From: Eledone cirrhosa
Lineage: Eukaryota
DNA length: 64,000 nucleotides
Direction of reading: 5' to 3'
Assembly (NCBI GenBank): GCA_964016885.1
Contig: OZ024755.1
Span: forward strand, 43,028,001-43,092,000
Numbering within the stretch: the stretch's first letter is position 1; each line of letters opens with the position of its first letter. Below the pieces are notes generated by a model that had not been told where the DNA came from, searched no databases, and was given only the letters and a program-made list of their open reading frames with translations. This document shows positions 12,801-23,700 of the stretch, one piece after another. A program made the translations under genes and the position numbers.

Positions 12801-13699
12801 CTGGGTGTGGAGGTGGTTATGTGCTGTGTGTGATGATGAGGGTGCTGGGTGTGGAGGTGGTTATGGGCTGTGTGTGATGGTGAGGGTGTTTGGTGTGGGG
12901 GTGGTTATGTGCTGTGTGTGATGGTGAGGGTGCTGGGTGTGAAGGTGGTTATGTGCTGTGTGCGATGTTGAGGGTGCTGGGTGTGGGGGTGGTTATGTGC
13001 TGTGTGTGATGGTGAGGGTGTTGCGTGTGGAGGTGGTTATGGGCTGTGTGTGATGGTGAGGGTGTTGGGTGTGGAGGTGGTTATGGGCTGTGTGTGATGG
13101 TGAGGGTGTTGGGTGGGGAGGTGGTTATGTGCTGTGTGTGATGGTGAGGGTGCTGGGTGTGGAGGTGGTTATGGGCTGTGTGTGATGGTGAGGGTGCTGG
13201 GTGTGGAGGTGGTTATGGGCTGTGTGTGATGGTGAGGGTGTTGGGTGTGGAGGTGGTTATGGCCTGTGTGTGATGGTAAGGGTGTTGGGTGTGGAGCTGG
13301 TTATGGGCTGTGTGTGATGGTGAGGGTGTTGGGTGTGGAGATGGTTATGGGCTGTGTGTCATGGTGAGGGTGTTGGGTGTGGAGGTGGTCATGGGCTGTG
13401 TGTGATGGTGAGGGTGTTGGATGTGGAGGTGGTTATGGGCTGTGTGTGATGGTAAGGGTGTTGGGTGTGGAGGTGTTTATGGGCTGTGTGTCATGGTGAG
13501 GGTGTTGGGTGTGGAGGTGGTTATGGGCTGTGTGTGATGGTGAGGGTGTTGGGTGTGGTGGTGGTTATGGGCTGTGTGTGATGGTGAGGGTGCTCGGTGT
13601 GGAGGTGGTTATGGGCTGTGTGTGATGGTGAGGGTGCTGGGTGTGGAGGTGGTTATGGCCTGTGTGTGATGGTGAGGGTGTTGGGTGTGGAGGTGGTTA

Positions 13700-14550
13700 T
13701 GGGCTGTGTGTGATGGTGAGGGTGTTGGGTGTGGAGGTGGTTATGGGCTGTGTGTGATGGTGAGGGTGCTGGGTGTGGAGGTGGTTATGGGCTGTGTGTG
13801 ATGGTGAGGGTGTTGGGTGTGGAGGTGGTTATGGGCTGTGTGTGATGGTGAGGGTGCTGGGTGTGGAGATGGTTATGGGCTGTGTGTGATGGTGAGGGTG
13901 CTGGGTGTGGAGGTGGTTATGGGCTGTGTGTGATGGTGAGGGTGTTGGGTGTGGAGGTGGTTATGGACTGTGTGTGATGGTGAGGGTGCTGGGTGTGGAG
14001 ATGGTTATGGGCTGTGTGATGGTGAGGGTGCTGGGTGTGGAGGTGGTTATGGGCTGTGTGTGATGGTGAGGGTGTTTGGTGTGGAGGTGGTTATGGGCTG
14101 TGTGTGATGGTGAGGGTGTTGGGTGTGGAGGTGGTTATGTGCTGTGTGTGATGGTGAGGGTGCTGGGTGTGGAGGTGGTTATGGGCTGTGTGTGATGGTG
14201 AGGGTGCTGGGTGTGGTGGTGGTTTTGGGCTGTGTATGATGGTGAGGGTGTTGGGTGTGGAGGTGGTTATGGGCTGTGTGTGATGGTGAGGGTGTTGGGT
14301 GTGGAGGTGGTTATGGGCTGTGTGTGATGGTGAGGATGCTGGGTGTGGAGGTGGTTATGGGCTGTGTGTGATGGTGAGGGTGCTGGGTGTGGAGGTGGTT
14401 ATGGGCTGTGTGTGATGGTGAGGGTGCTGGGTGTGGAGGTGATTATGGGCTGTGTGTGATGGTGAGGTTGATGGGTGTGGAGGTGGTTATGGGCTGTGTG
14501 AAATGGTGAGGGTGCTGGTGTGGAGGTGGTTATGGGCTGTGTGTGAAGGT
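13700..14550 (+). repeat. Block duplicated at ~16470-17320 (offset 2767)
   Basis: Markers tggttttggg 14220/16987 and gattatggg..gaggttgatggg..gaaatgg 14441/17208; ORF-track twins start at 14452 and 17219. Confidence 0.85.
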
Positions 14551-14629
14551 GAGGGTGCTGGGTGTGGAGGTGGTTATGGGCTGTGTGTGATGGTGAGGGT
14601 GTTGGGTGTGGAGGTGGTTATGGGCTGTG

Positions 14630-16430
14630 TGTGATGGTGAGGGTGCTGGGTGTGGAGGTGGTTATGGCCTGTGTGTGATAGTGAGGGTGTTGGGTGTGAA
14701 GGTGGTTATGGGCTGTGTGTGATGGTGAGGGTGTTGGGTGTGGAGGTGGTTATGTGCTGTGTGTGATGGTGAGGGTGCTGGGTGTGGAGGTGGTTATGGG
14801 CTGTGTGTGATGGTGAGGGTGTTGGGTGTGGAGGTGGTTATGGGCTGTGTGTGATGGTGAGGGTGTTGGGTGTGGAGGTGGTTATGGGCTGTGTGTGATG
14901 GTGAGGGTGTTGGGTGTGGTGGTGGTTATGGGCTGTGTGTGATGGTGAGGGTGTTGGGTGTGGAGGTGGTTATGGGCTGTGTGTGATGGTGAGGGTGCTG
15001 GGTGTGGAGGTGGTTATGGCCTGTGTGTGATAGTGAGGGTGTTGGGTGTGAAGGTGGTTATGGGCTGTGTGTGATGGTGAGGGTGTTGGGTGTGGTGGTG
15101 GTTATGGGCTGTGTGTGATGGTGAGGGTGTTGGGTGTGGAGGTGGTTATGGGCTGTGTGTGATGGTGAGGGTGCTGGGTGTGGAGGTGGTTATTGCCTGT
15201 GTGTGATAGTGAGGGTGTTGGGTGTGAAGGTGGTTATGGGCTGTGTGTGATGGTGAGGGTGTTGGGTGTGGAGGTGGTTATGTGCTGTGTGTGATGGTGA
15301 GGGTGCTGGGTGTGGAGGTGGTTATGGGCTGTGTGTGATGGTGAGGGTGTTGGGTGTGGAGGTGGTTATGGGCTGTGTGTGATGGTGAGGGTGTTGGGTG
15401 TGGAGGTGGTTATGGGCTGTGTGTGATGGTGAGGGTGTTGGGTGTGGTGGTGGTTATGGGCTGTGTGTGATGGTGAGTGTGTTGGGTGTGGAGGTGGTTA
15501 TGGGCTGAGTGTGATGGTGAGGGTGTTGGGTGTGGTGGTGGTTATGGGCTGTGTGTGATGGTGAGGGTGCTAGGTGTGGAGGTGGTTATGGGCTGTGTGT
15601 GATGGTGAGGGTGCTGGGTGTGGAGGTGGTTATGGGCTGTGTGTGATGGTGAGGGTGTTGGGTGTGGAGGTGGTTATGTGCTGTGTGTGATGGTGAGGGT
15701 GCTGGGTGTGGAGGTGGTTATGTGCTGTGTGTGATGGTGAGGGTGCTGGGTGTGGAGGTGGTTATGGGCTGTGTGTGATGGTGAGGGTGCTGGGTGTGGA
15801 AGTGGTTATGGGCTGTGTGATGGTGAGGGTGCTGGGTGTGGAGGTGGTGATGTGCTGTGTGTGATGGTGAGGGTGCTGGATGTGGAGGTGGTTATGTGCT
15901 GTGTGTGATAGTGGGGGTGCTGGGTGTGGAGGTGGTTATGTGCTGTGTGTGATGGTGAGGGTGCTGGGTGTGGAGCTGGTTATGGGCTGTGTTTGATGGT
16001 GAGGGTGTTGGGTGTGGAGTAGGTTAGGGGCTGTGTGTGATGGTGAGGGTGTTGGGTGTTGGGGTGGTTATGTGCTGAGTGTGATAGTGGGGGTGCTGGG
16101 TGTGGAGGTGGTTATGGGCTGTGTGTGATGGTGAGGGTGCTGGGTGTGGAGGTGGTTATGGGCTGTGTGTGATGGTGAGGGTGCTGGGTGTGAAGGTGGT
16201 TATGCGCTGTGTGTGATGGTGAGGGTGCTGGGTGTGGAGGTGGTTATGGGCTGTGTGTGATTGTGAGTGTGTTGGGTGTGGAGGTGGTTATGGGCTGTGT
16301 GTGATGGTGAGGGTGCTGGGTGTGGAGGTGGTTATGGGCTGTGTGTGATGTTGAGGGTGTTGGGTGTGGAGGTGGTTATGGCCTGTGTGTGATGGTGAGG
16401 GTGTTGGGTGTGGAGGTGGTTATGGGCTGT
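14630..16430 (+). repeat. Further copy of ~8390-10190 (offset 6236)
   Basis: Markers tggttattgc 8951/15187 and gagtaggtta 9781/16017, with the same downstream variant order (gaagg..tatgcg, gattgtgagt, gatgttgag). Confidence 0.85.
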
Positions 16431-17309
16431 GTGTGATGGTGAGGGTGTTGGGTGTGGAGGTGGTTATGGGCTGTGTGTGATGGTGAGGGTGTTGGGTGTG
16501 GAGGTGGTTATGGGCTGTGTGTGATGGTGAGGGTGCTGGGTGTGGAGGTGGTTATGGGCTGTGTGTGATGGTGAGGGTGTTGGGTGTGGAGGTGGTTATG
16601 GGCTGTGTGTGATGGTGAGGGTGCTGGGTGTGGAGATGGTTATGGGCTGTGTGTAATGGTGAGGGTGCTGGGTGTGGAGGTGGTTATGGGCTGTGTGTGA
16701 TGGTGAGGGTGTTGGGTGTGGAGGTTGTTATGGGCTGTGTGTGATGGTGAGGGTGCTGGGTGTGGAGATGGTTATGGGCTGTGTGATGGTGAGGGTGCTG
16801 GGTCTGGAGGTGGTTATGGGCTGTGTGTGATGGTGAGGGTGTTTGGTGTGGAGGTGGTTATGGGCTGTGTGTGATGGTGAGGGTGTTGGGTGTGGAGGTG
16901 GTTATGTGCTGTGTGTGATGGTGAGGGTGCTGGGTGTGGAGGTGGTTATGGGCTGTGTGTGATGGTGAGGGTGCTGGGTGTGGTGGTGGTTTTGGGCTGT
17001 GTATGATGGTGAGGGTGTTGGGTGTGGAGGTGGTTATGGGCTGTGTGTGATGGTGAGGGTGTTGGGTGTGGAGGTGGTTATGGGCTGTGTGTGATGGTGA
17101 GGATGCTGGGTGTGGAGGTGGTTATGGGCTGTGTGTGATGGTGAGGGTGCTGGGTGTGGAGGTGGTTATGGGCTGTGTGTGATGGTGAGGGTGCTGGGTG
17201 TGGAGGTGATTATGGGCTGTGTGTGATGGTGAGGTTGATGGGTGTGGAGGTGGTTATGGGCTGTGTGAAATGGTGAGGGTGCTGGTGTGGAGGTGGTTAT
17301 GGGCTGTGC

Positions 17310-18030
17310 GTGAAGGTGAGGGTGCTGGGTGTGGAAGTGGTTATGGGCTGTGTGATGGTGAGGGTGCTGGGTGTGGAGGTGGTGATGTGCTGTGTGTGAT
17401 GGTGAGGGTGCTGGATGTAGAGGTGGTTATGTGCTGTGTGTGATAGTGGGGGTGCTGGGTGTGGAGGTGGTTATGTGCTGTGTGTGATGGTGAGGGTGCT
17501 GGGTGTGGAGCTGGTTATGGGCTGTGTTTGATGGTGAGGGTGTTGGGTGTGGAGTAGGTTAGGGGCTGTGTGTGATGGTGAGGGTGTTGGGTGTTGGGGT
17601 GGTTATGTGCTGAGTGTGATAGTGGGGGTGCTGGGTGTGGAGGTGGTTATGTGCTGTGTGTGATGGTGAGGGTGCTGGGTGTGGAGGTGGTTATGGGCTG
17701 TGTGTGATGGTGAGGGTGCTGGGTGTGGAAGTGGTTATGGGCTGTGTGATGGTGAGGGTGCTGGGTGTGGAGGTGGTGATGTGCTGTGTGTGATGGTGAG
17801 GGTGCTGGATGTGGAGGTGGTTATGTGCTGTGTGTGATAGTGGGGGTGCTGGGTGTGGAGGTGGTTATGTGCTGTGTGTGATGGTGAGGGTGCTGGGTGT
17901 GGAGCTGGTTATGGGCTGTGTTTGATGGTGAGGGTGTTGGGTGTGGAGTAGGTTAGGGGCTGTGTGTGATGGTGAGGGTGTTGGGTGTTGGGGTGGTTAT
18001 GTGCTGAGTGTGATAGTGGGGGTGCTGGGT
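17310..18030 (+). repeat. Tandem duplication of a 394-bp unit (9 monomers minus 2 bp)
   Basis: gagtaggtta at 17552 and 17946; the series ggaagtgg / ggtgatgtgc / ggatgt / tgatagtggg / gagctgg occurs twice. Confidence 0.85.
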
Positions 18031-19879
18031 GTGGAGGTGGTTATGGGCTGTGTGTGATGGTGAGGGTGCTGGGTGTGGAGGTGGTTATGGGCTGTGTGTG
18101 ATGGTGAGGGTGCTGGGTGTGAAGGTGGTTATGCGCTGTGTGTGATGGTGAGGGTGCTGGGTGTGGAGGTGGTTATGGGCTGTGTGTGATTGTGAGTGTG
18201 TTGGGTGTGGAGGTGGTTATGGGCTGTGTGTGATGGTGAGGGTGCTGGGTGTGGAGGTGGTTATGGGCTGTGTGTGATGTTGAGGGTGTTGGGTGTGGAG
18301 GTGGTTATGGGCTGAGTGTGATGGTGAGGGTGCTGGGTGTGGAGGTGGTTATGGTCTGTGTGTGATGGTGAGGGTGCTGGGTGTGGAGGTGGTTATGTGC
18401 TGTGTGTGATGGTGAGGGTGTTGAGTGTGGAGGTGGTTATCGGCTGTGTGTGATGGTGAGGGTGTTGGGTGTGGAGGTGGTTATGGGCTGTGTGTGATGG
18501 TGGGGGTGTGGGTGTGGAGGTGGTTATGGGCTGTGTGTGATGGTGAGGGTGCTGGGTGTGGAGGTGGTTATGTGCTGTGTGTGATGATGAGGGTGCTGGG
18601 TGTGGAGGTGGTTATGGGCTGTGTGTGATGGTGAGGGTGTTTGGTGTGGGGGTGGTTATGTGCTGTGTGTGATGGTGAGGGTGCTGGGTGTGAAGGTGGT
18701 TATGTGCTGTGTGTGATGGTGAGGGTGCTGGGTGTGGGGGTGGTTATGTGCTGTGTGTGATGGTGAGGGTGTTGCGTGTGGAGGTGGTTATGGGCTGTGT
18801 GTGATGGTGAGGGTGTTGGGTGTGGAGGTGGTTATGGGCTGTGTGTGATGGTGAGGGTGTTGGGTGTGGAGGTGGTTATGGGCTGTGTGTGATGGTGAGG
18901 GTGCTGGGTGTGGAGGTGGTTATGGGCTGTGTGTGATGGTGAGGATGCTGGGTGTGGAGGTGGTTATGGGCTGTGTGTGATGGTGAGGGCGTTGGGTGTG
19001 GAGGTGGTTATGGGCTGTGTGTGATGGTGAGGGTGTTGGGTGTGGAGGTGGTTATGTGCTGTGTGTGATGATGTGGGTGCTGGGTGTGGAGGTGGTTATG
19101 TGCTGTGTGTGATGGTGAGGGTGCTGGGTGTGGAGGTGGTTATGGGCTGTGTGTGATGGTGAGGGTGTTGGGTGTGGAGGTGGTTATGGCCTGTGTGTGA
19201 TGGTAAGGGTGTTGGGTGTGGAGCTGGTTATGGGCTGTGTGTGATGGTGAGGGTGTTGGGTGTGGAGATGGTTATGGGCTGTGTGTCATGGTGAGGGTGT
19301 TGGGTGTGGAGGTGGTTATGGGCTGTGTGTGATGGTGAGGGTGTTGGATGTGGAGGTGGTTATGGGCTGTGTGTGATGGTAAGGGTGTTGGGTGTGGAGG
19401 TGTTTATGGGTTGTGTGTCATGGTGAGGGTGTTGGGTGTGGTGGTGGTTATGGGCTGTGTGTGATGGTGAGGGTGTTGGGTGTGGAGGTGGTTATGGGCT
19501 GTGTGTGATGGTGAGGGTGTTGGGTGTGGAGGTGGTTATGGGCTGTGTGTGATGGTGAGGGTGCTCGGTGTGGAGGTGGTTATGGGCTGTGTGTGATGGT
19601 GAGGGTGCTGGGTGTGGAGGTGGTTATGGGCTGTGTGTGATGGTGAGGGTGTTGGGTGTGGAGGTGGTTATGGGCTGTGTGTGATGGTGAGGGTGGTGGG
19701 TGTGGAGGTGGTTATGGGCTGTGTGTGATGGTGAGGGTGCTGGGTGTGGAGGTGGTTATGGGCTGTGTGTGATGGTGAGGGTGTTGGGTGTGGAGGTGGT
19801 TATGGGCTGTGTGTGATGGTGAGGGTGCTGGGTGTGGAGGTGGTTATGGGCTGTGTGTGATGGTGAGGGTGTTGGGTGT

Positions 19880-20730
19880 GGAGGTGGTTATGGGCTGTGT
19901 GTGATGGTGATGGTGCTGGGTGTGGAGGTGGTTATGGGATGTGTGTGATCGTGAGGATGCTGGGTGTGGAGGTGGTTATGTGCTGTGTGTGATGGTGAGG
20001 GTGTTGGGTGTGGAGGTGGTTATGGGCTGTGTGTGATGGTGAGGGTGTTGGGTGTGGAGCTGGTTATGGGCTGTGTGTGATGGTGAGGGTGCTGGGTGTG
20101 GAGGTGGTTATGGGCTGTGTGTGATGGTGAGGGCGTTGGGTGTGGAGGTGGTTATGGGCTGTGTGTGATGGTGAGGGTGTTGGGTGTGGAGGTGGTTATG
20201 TGCTGTGTGTGATGGTGAGGGTGCTGGGTGTGGAGGTGGTTATGGGCTGTGTGTGATGGTGAGGGTGTTGGGTGTGGAGGTGGTTATGGGCTGTGTGTGA
20301 TGGTGAGGGTGCTGGGTGTGGAGGTGGTTATGGGCTGTGTGTGATGGTGAGGGTGTTGGGTGTGGAGGTGGTTATGGGCTGTGTGTGATGGTGATGGTGC
20401 TGGGTGTGGAGGTGGTTATGGGATGTGTGTGATCGTGAGGATGCTGGGTGTGGAGGTGGTTATGTGCTGTGTGTGATGGTGAGGGTGCTGGGTGTGGAGG
20501 TGGTTATGGGCTGTGTGTGATGGTGAGGGTGTTGGGTGTGGAGGTGGTTATGGGCTGTGTGTGATGGTGAGGGTGCTGGGTGTGGAGGTGGTTATGGGCT
20601 GTGTGTGATGGTGAGGGTGTTGGGTGTGGAGGTGGTTATGGGCTGTGTGTGATGGTGATGGTGCTGGGTGTGGAGGTGGTTATGGGATGTGTGTGATCGT
20701 GAGGATGCTGGGTGTGGAGGTGGTTATGTG
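19880..20730 (+). repeat. Triplicated variant cassette (gtgatggtgctggg..gggatgtgtgtgatcgtgaggatgc)
   Basis: GATC at 19947, 20431 and 20695; spacings 484 bp (11 monomers) and 264 bp (6 monomers). Confidence 0.88.
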
Positions 20731-23700
20731 CTGTGTGTGATGGTGAGGGTGTTGGGTGTGGAGGTGGTTATGGGCTGTGTGTGATGGTGAGGGTGTTGGG
20801 TGTGGAGCTGGTTATGGGCTGTGTGTGATGGTGAGGGTGCTGGGTGTGGAGATGGTTATGGGCTGTGTGTGATGGTGAGGGTGTTGGATGTGGAGGTGGT
20901 TATGGGCTGTGTGTGATGGTGAGGGTGTTCGGTGTGGAGGTGGTTATGGGCTCTGTGTGATGGTGAGGGTGTTGGGTGTGGAGGTGGTTATGGGCTGTGT
21001 GTGATGGTAAGGGTGTTGGGTGTGGAGGTGGTTATGGGTTGTGTGTGATGGTGAGGGTGTTGGGTGTGGAGGTGGTTATGGGCTGTGTGTGATGGTGAGG
21101 ATGCTGGGTGTGGAGGTGGTTATGGGCTGTGTGTGATGGGAAGGGTGCTGGGTGTGGAGGTGGTTATGGGCTGTGTGTGATGGTGAGGGTGCTGGGTGTG
21201 TAGGTGGTTATGGGCTGTGTGTGATGGTGAGGGTGCTGGGTGTGGAGGTGGTTATGGGCTGTGTGTGATGGTGAGGGTGCTGGGTGTGAAGGTGGTTATG
21301 CGCTGTGTGTGATGGTGAGGGTGCTGGGTGTGGAGGTGGTTATGGGCTGTGTGTGATTGTGAGTGTGTTGGGTGTGGAGGTGGTTATGGGCTGTGTGTGA
21401 TGGTGAGGGTGTTGGGTGTGGAGGTGGTTATGGGCTGTGTGTGATGGTGAGGGTGCTGGGTGTGGAGGTGGTGATGGGCTGTGTGTGATGTTGAGGGTGT
21501 TGGGTGTGGAGGTGGTTATGGGCTGTGTGTGATGGTGAGGGTGCTGGGTGTGGAGGTGGTTATGGTCTGTGTGTGATGGTGAGGGTGCTGGGTGTGGAGG
21601 TGGTTATGTGCTGTGTGTGATGGTGAGGGTGTTGAGTGTGGAGGTGGTTATGGGCTGTGTGTGATGGTGAGGGTGTTGGGTGTGGAGGTGGTTATGGGCT
21701 GTGTGTGATGGTGGGGGTGTGGGTGTGGAGGTGGTTATGGGCTGTGTGTGATGGTGAGGGTGCTGGGTGTGAAGGTGGTTATGTGCTGTGTGTGATGGTG
21801 AGGGTGCTGGGTGTGGGGGTGGTTATGTGCTGTGTGTGATGGTGAGGGTGTTGCGTGTGGAGGTGGTTATGGGCTGTGTGTGATGGTGAGGGTGTTGGGT
21901 GTGGAGGTGGTTATGGGCTGTGTGTGATGGTGAGGGTGTTGGGTGTGGAGGTGGTTATGGGCTGTGTGTGATGGTGAGTGTGCTGGGTGTGGAGGTGGTT
22001 ATGGGCTGTGTGTGATGGTGAGGGTGCTGGGTGTGGAGGTGGTTATGGGCTGTGTGTGATGGTGAGGGCATTGGGTGTGGAGGTGGTTATGGGCTGTGTG
22101 TGATGGTGAAGGTGCTGGGTGTGGGAGTGGTTATGTGCTGTGTTTGATGGTGAGGGTGTTGCGTGTGGAGGTGGTTATGGGCTGTGTGTGATGGTGAGGG
22201 TGTTGGGTGTGGAGGTGGTTATGGGCTGTGTGTGATGGTGAGGGTGTTGGGTGTGGAGGTGGTTATGGGCTGTGTGTGATGGTGAGGGTGCTGGGTGTGG
22301 AGATGGTTATGGGCTGTGTGTGATGGTGAGGGTGCTGGGTGTGGAGGTGGTTATGGGCTGTGTGTGATGGTGAGGGTGTTGGGTGTGGAGGTGGTTATGG
22401 GCTGTGTGTGATGGTGAGGGTGTTGGGTGTGGAGGTGTTTATGGGCTGTGTGTGATGGTGAGGGTGCTGGGTGTGGAGATGGTTATGGGCTGTGTGATGG
22501 TGAGGGTGCTGGGTGTGGAGGTGGTTATGGGCTGTGTGTGATGGTGAGGGTGTTTGGTGTGGAGGTGGTTATGGGCTGTGTGTGATGGTGAGGGTGTTGG
22601 GTGTGGAGGTGGTTATGTGCTGTGTGTGATGGTGAGGGTGCTGGGTGTGGAGTTGGTTATGGGCTGTGTGTGATGGTGAGGGTGCTGGGTGTGGAGGTGG
22701 TTATGGGCTGTGTGTGATGGTCAGGGTGCTGGGTGTGGAGGTGGTTATGGGCTGTGTGTGATGGTGAGGGTGGTGGGTGTGGAGGTGGTTATGTGTTGTG
22801 TGTGATGGTGAGGGTGTTGGGTGTGGAGGTGGTTATGGGCTGTGTGTGATGGTGAGGGTGTTGGGTGTGGAGGTGGTTATGGGCTGTGTGTGATGGTGAG
22901 GGTGCTGGGTGTGGAGGTGGTTATGGGCTGTGTGTGATGGTGGGGGTGTTGGGTGTGGGGGTGGTTATGTGCTGTGTGTGATGGTGAGGGTGCTGGGTGT
23001 GAAGGTGGTTATGTGCTGTGTGTGATGGTGAGGGTGCTGGGTGTGGAGGTGGTTATGGGCTGTGTGTGATGGTGAGGGTGTTGGGTGTGGAGGTGGTTAT
23101 GGGCTGTGTGTGATGGTGAGGGTGTTGGGTGTGGAGGTGGTTATGGGCTGTGTGTGATGGTGAGGGTGCTGGGTGTGGAGGTGGTTATGGGCTGTGTGTG
23201 ATGGTGAAGGTGTTGGGTGTGGTGGTGGTTATGGGCTGTGTGTGATGGTGAGGGTGCTGGGTGTGGAGGTGGAGGTGGTTATGGGCTGTGTGTGATGGTG
23301 AGAGTGCTGGGTGTGGAGGTGGTTATGGGCTGTGTGTGCTGGTGAGGGTGCTGGGTGTGGAGGTGGTTATGTGTTGTGTGTGATGGTGAGGGTGTTGGGT
23401 GTGGAGGTGGTTATGGGCTGTGTGTGATGGTGAGGGTGTTGGGTGTGGAGGTGGTTATGGGCTGTGTGTGATGGTGGGGGTGTTGGGTGTGGGGGTGGTT
23501 ATGTGCTGTGTGTGATGGTGAGGGTGCTGGGTGTGGAGGTGGTTATGGGCTGTGTGTGATGGTGAAGGTGTTGGGTGTGGTGGTGGTTATGGGCTGTGTG
23601 TGATGGTGAGGGTGCTGGGTGTGGAGGTGGTTATGGGCTGTGTGTGATGGTGAGGGTGCTGGGTGTGGAGGTGGTTATGGGCTGTGTGTGCTGGTCAGGG

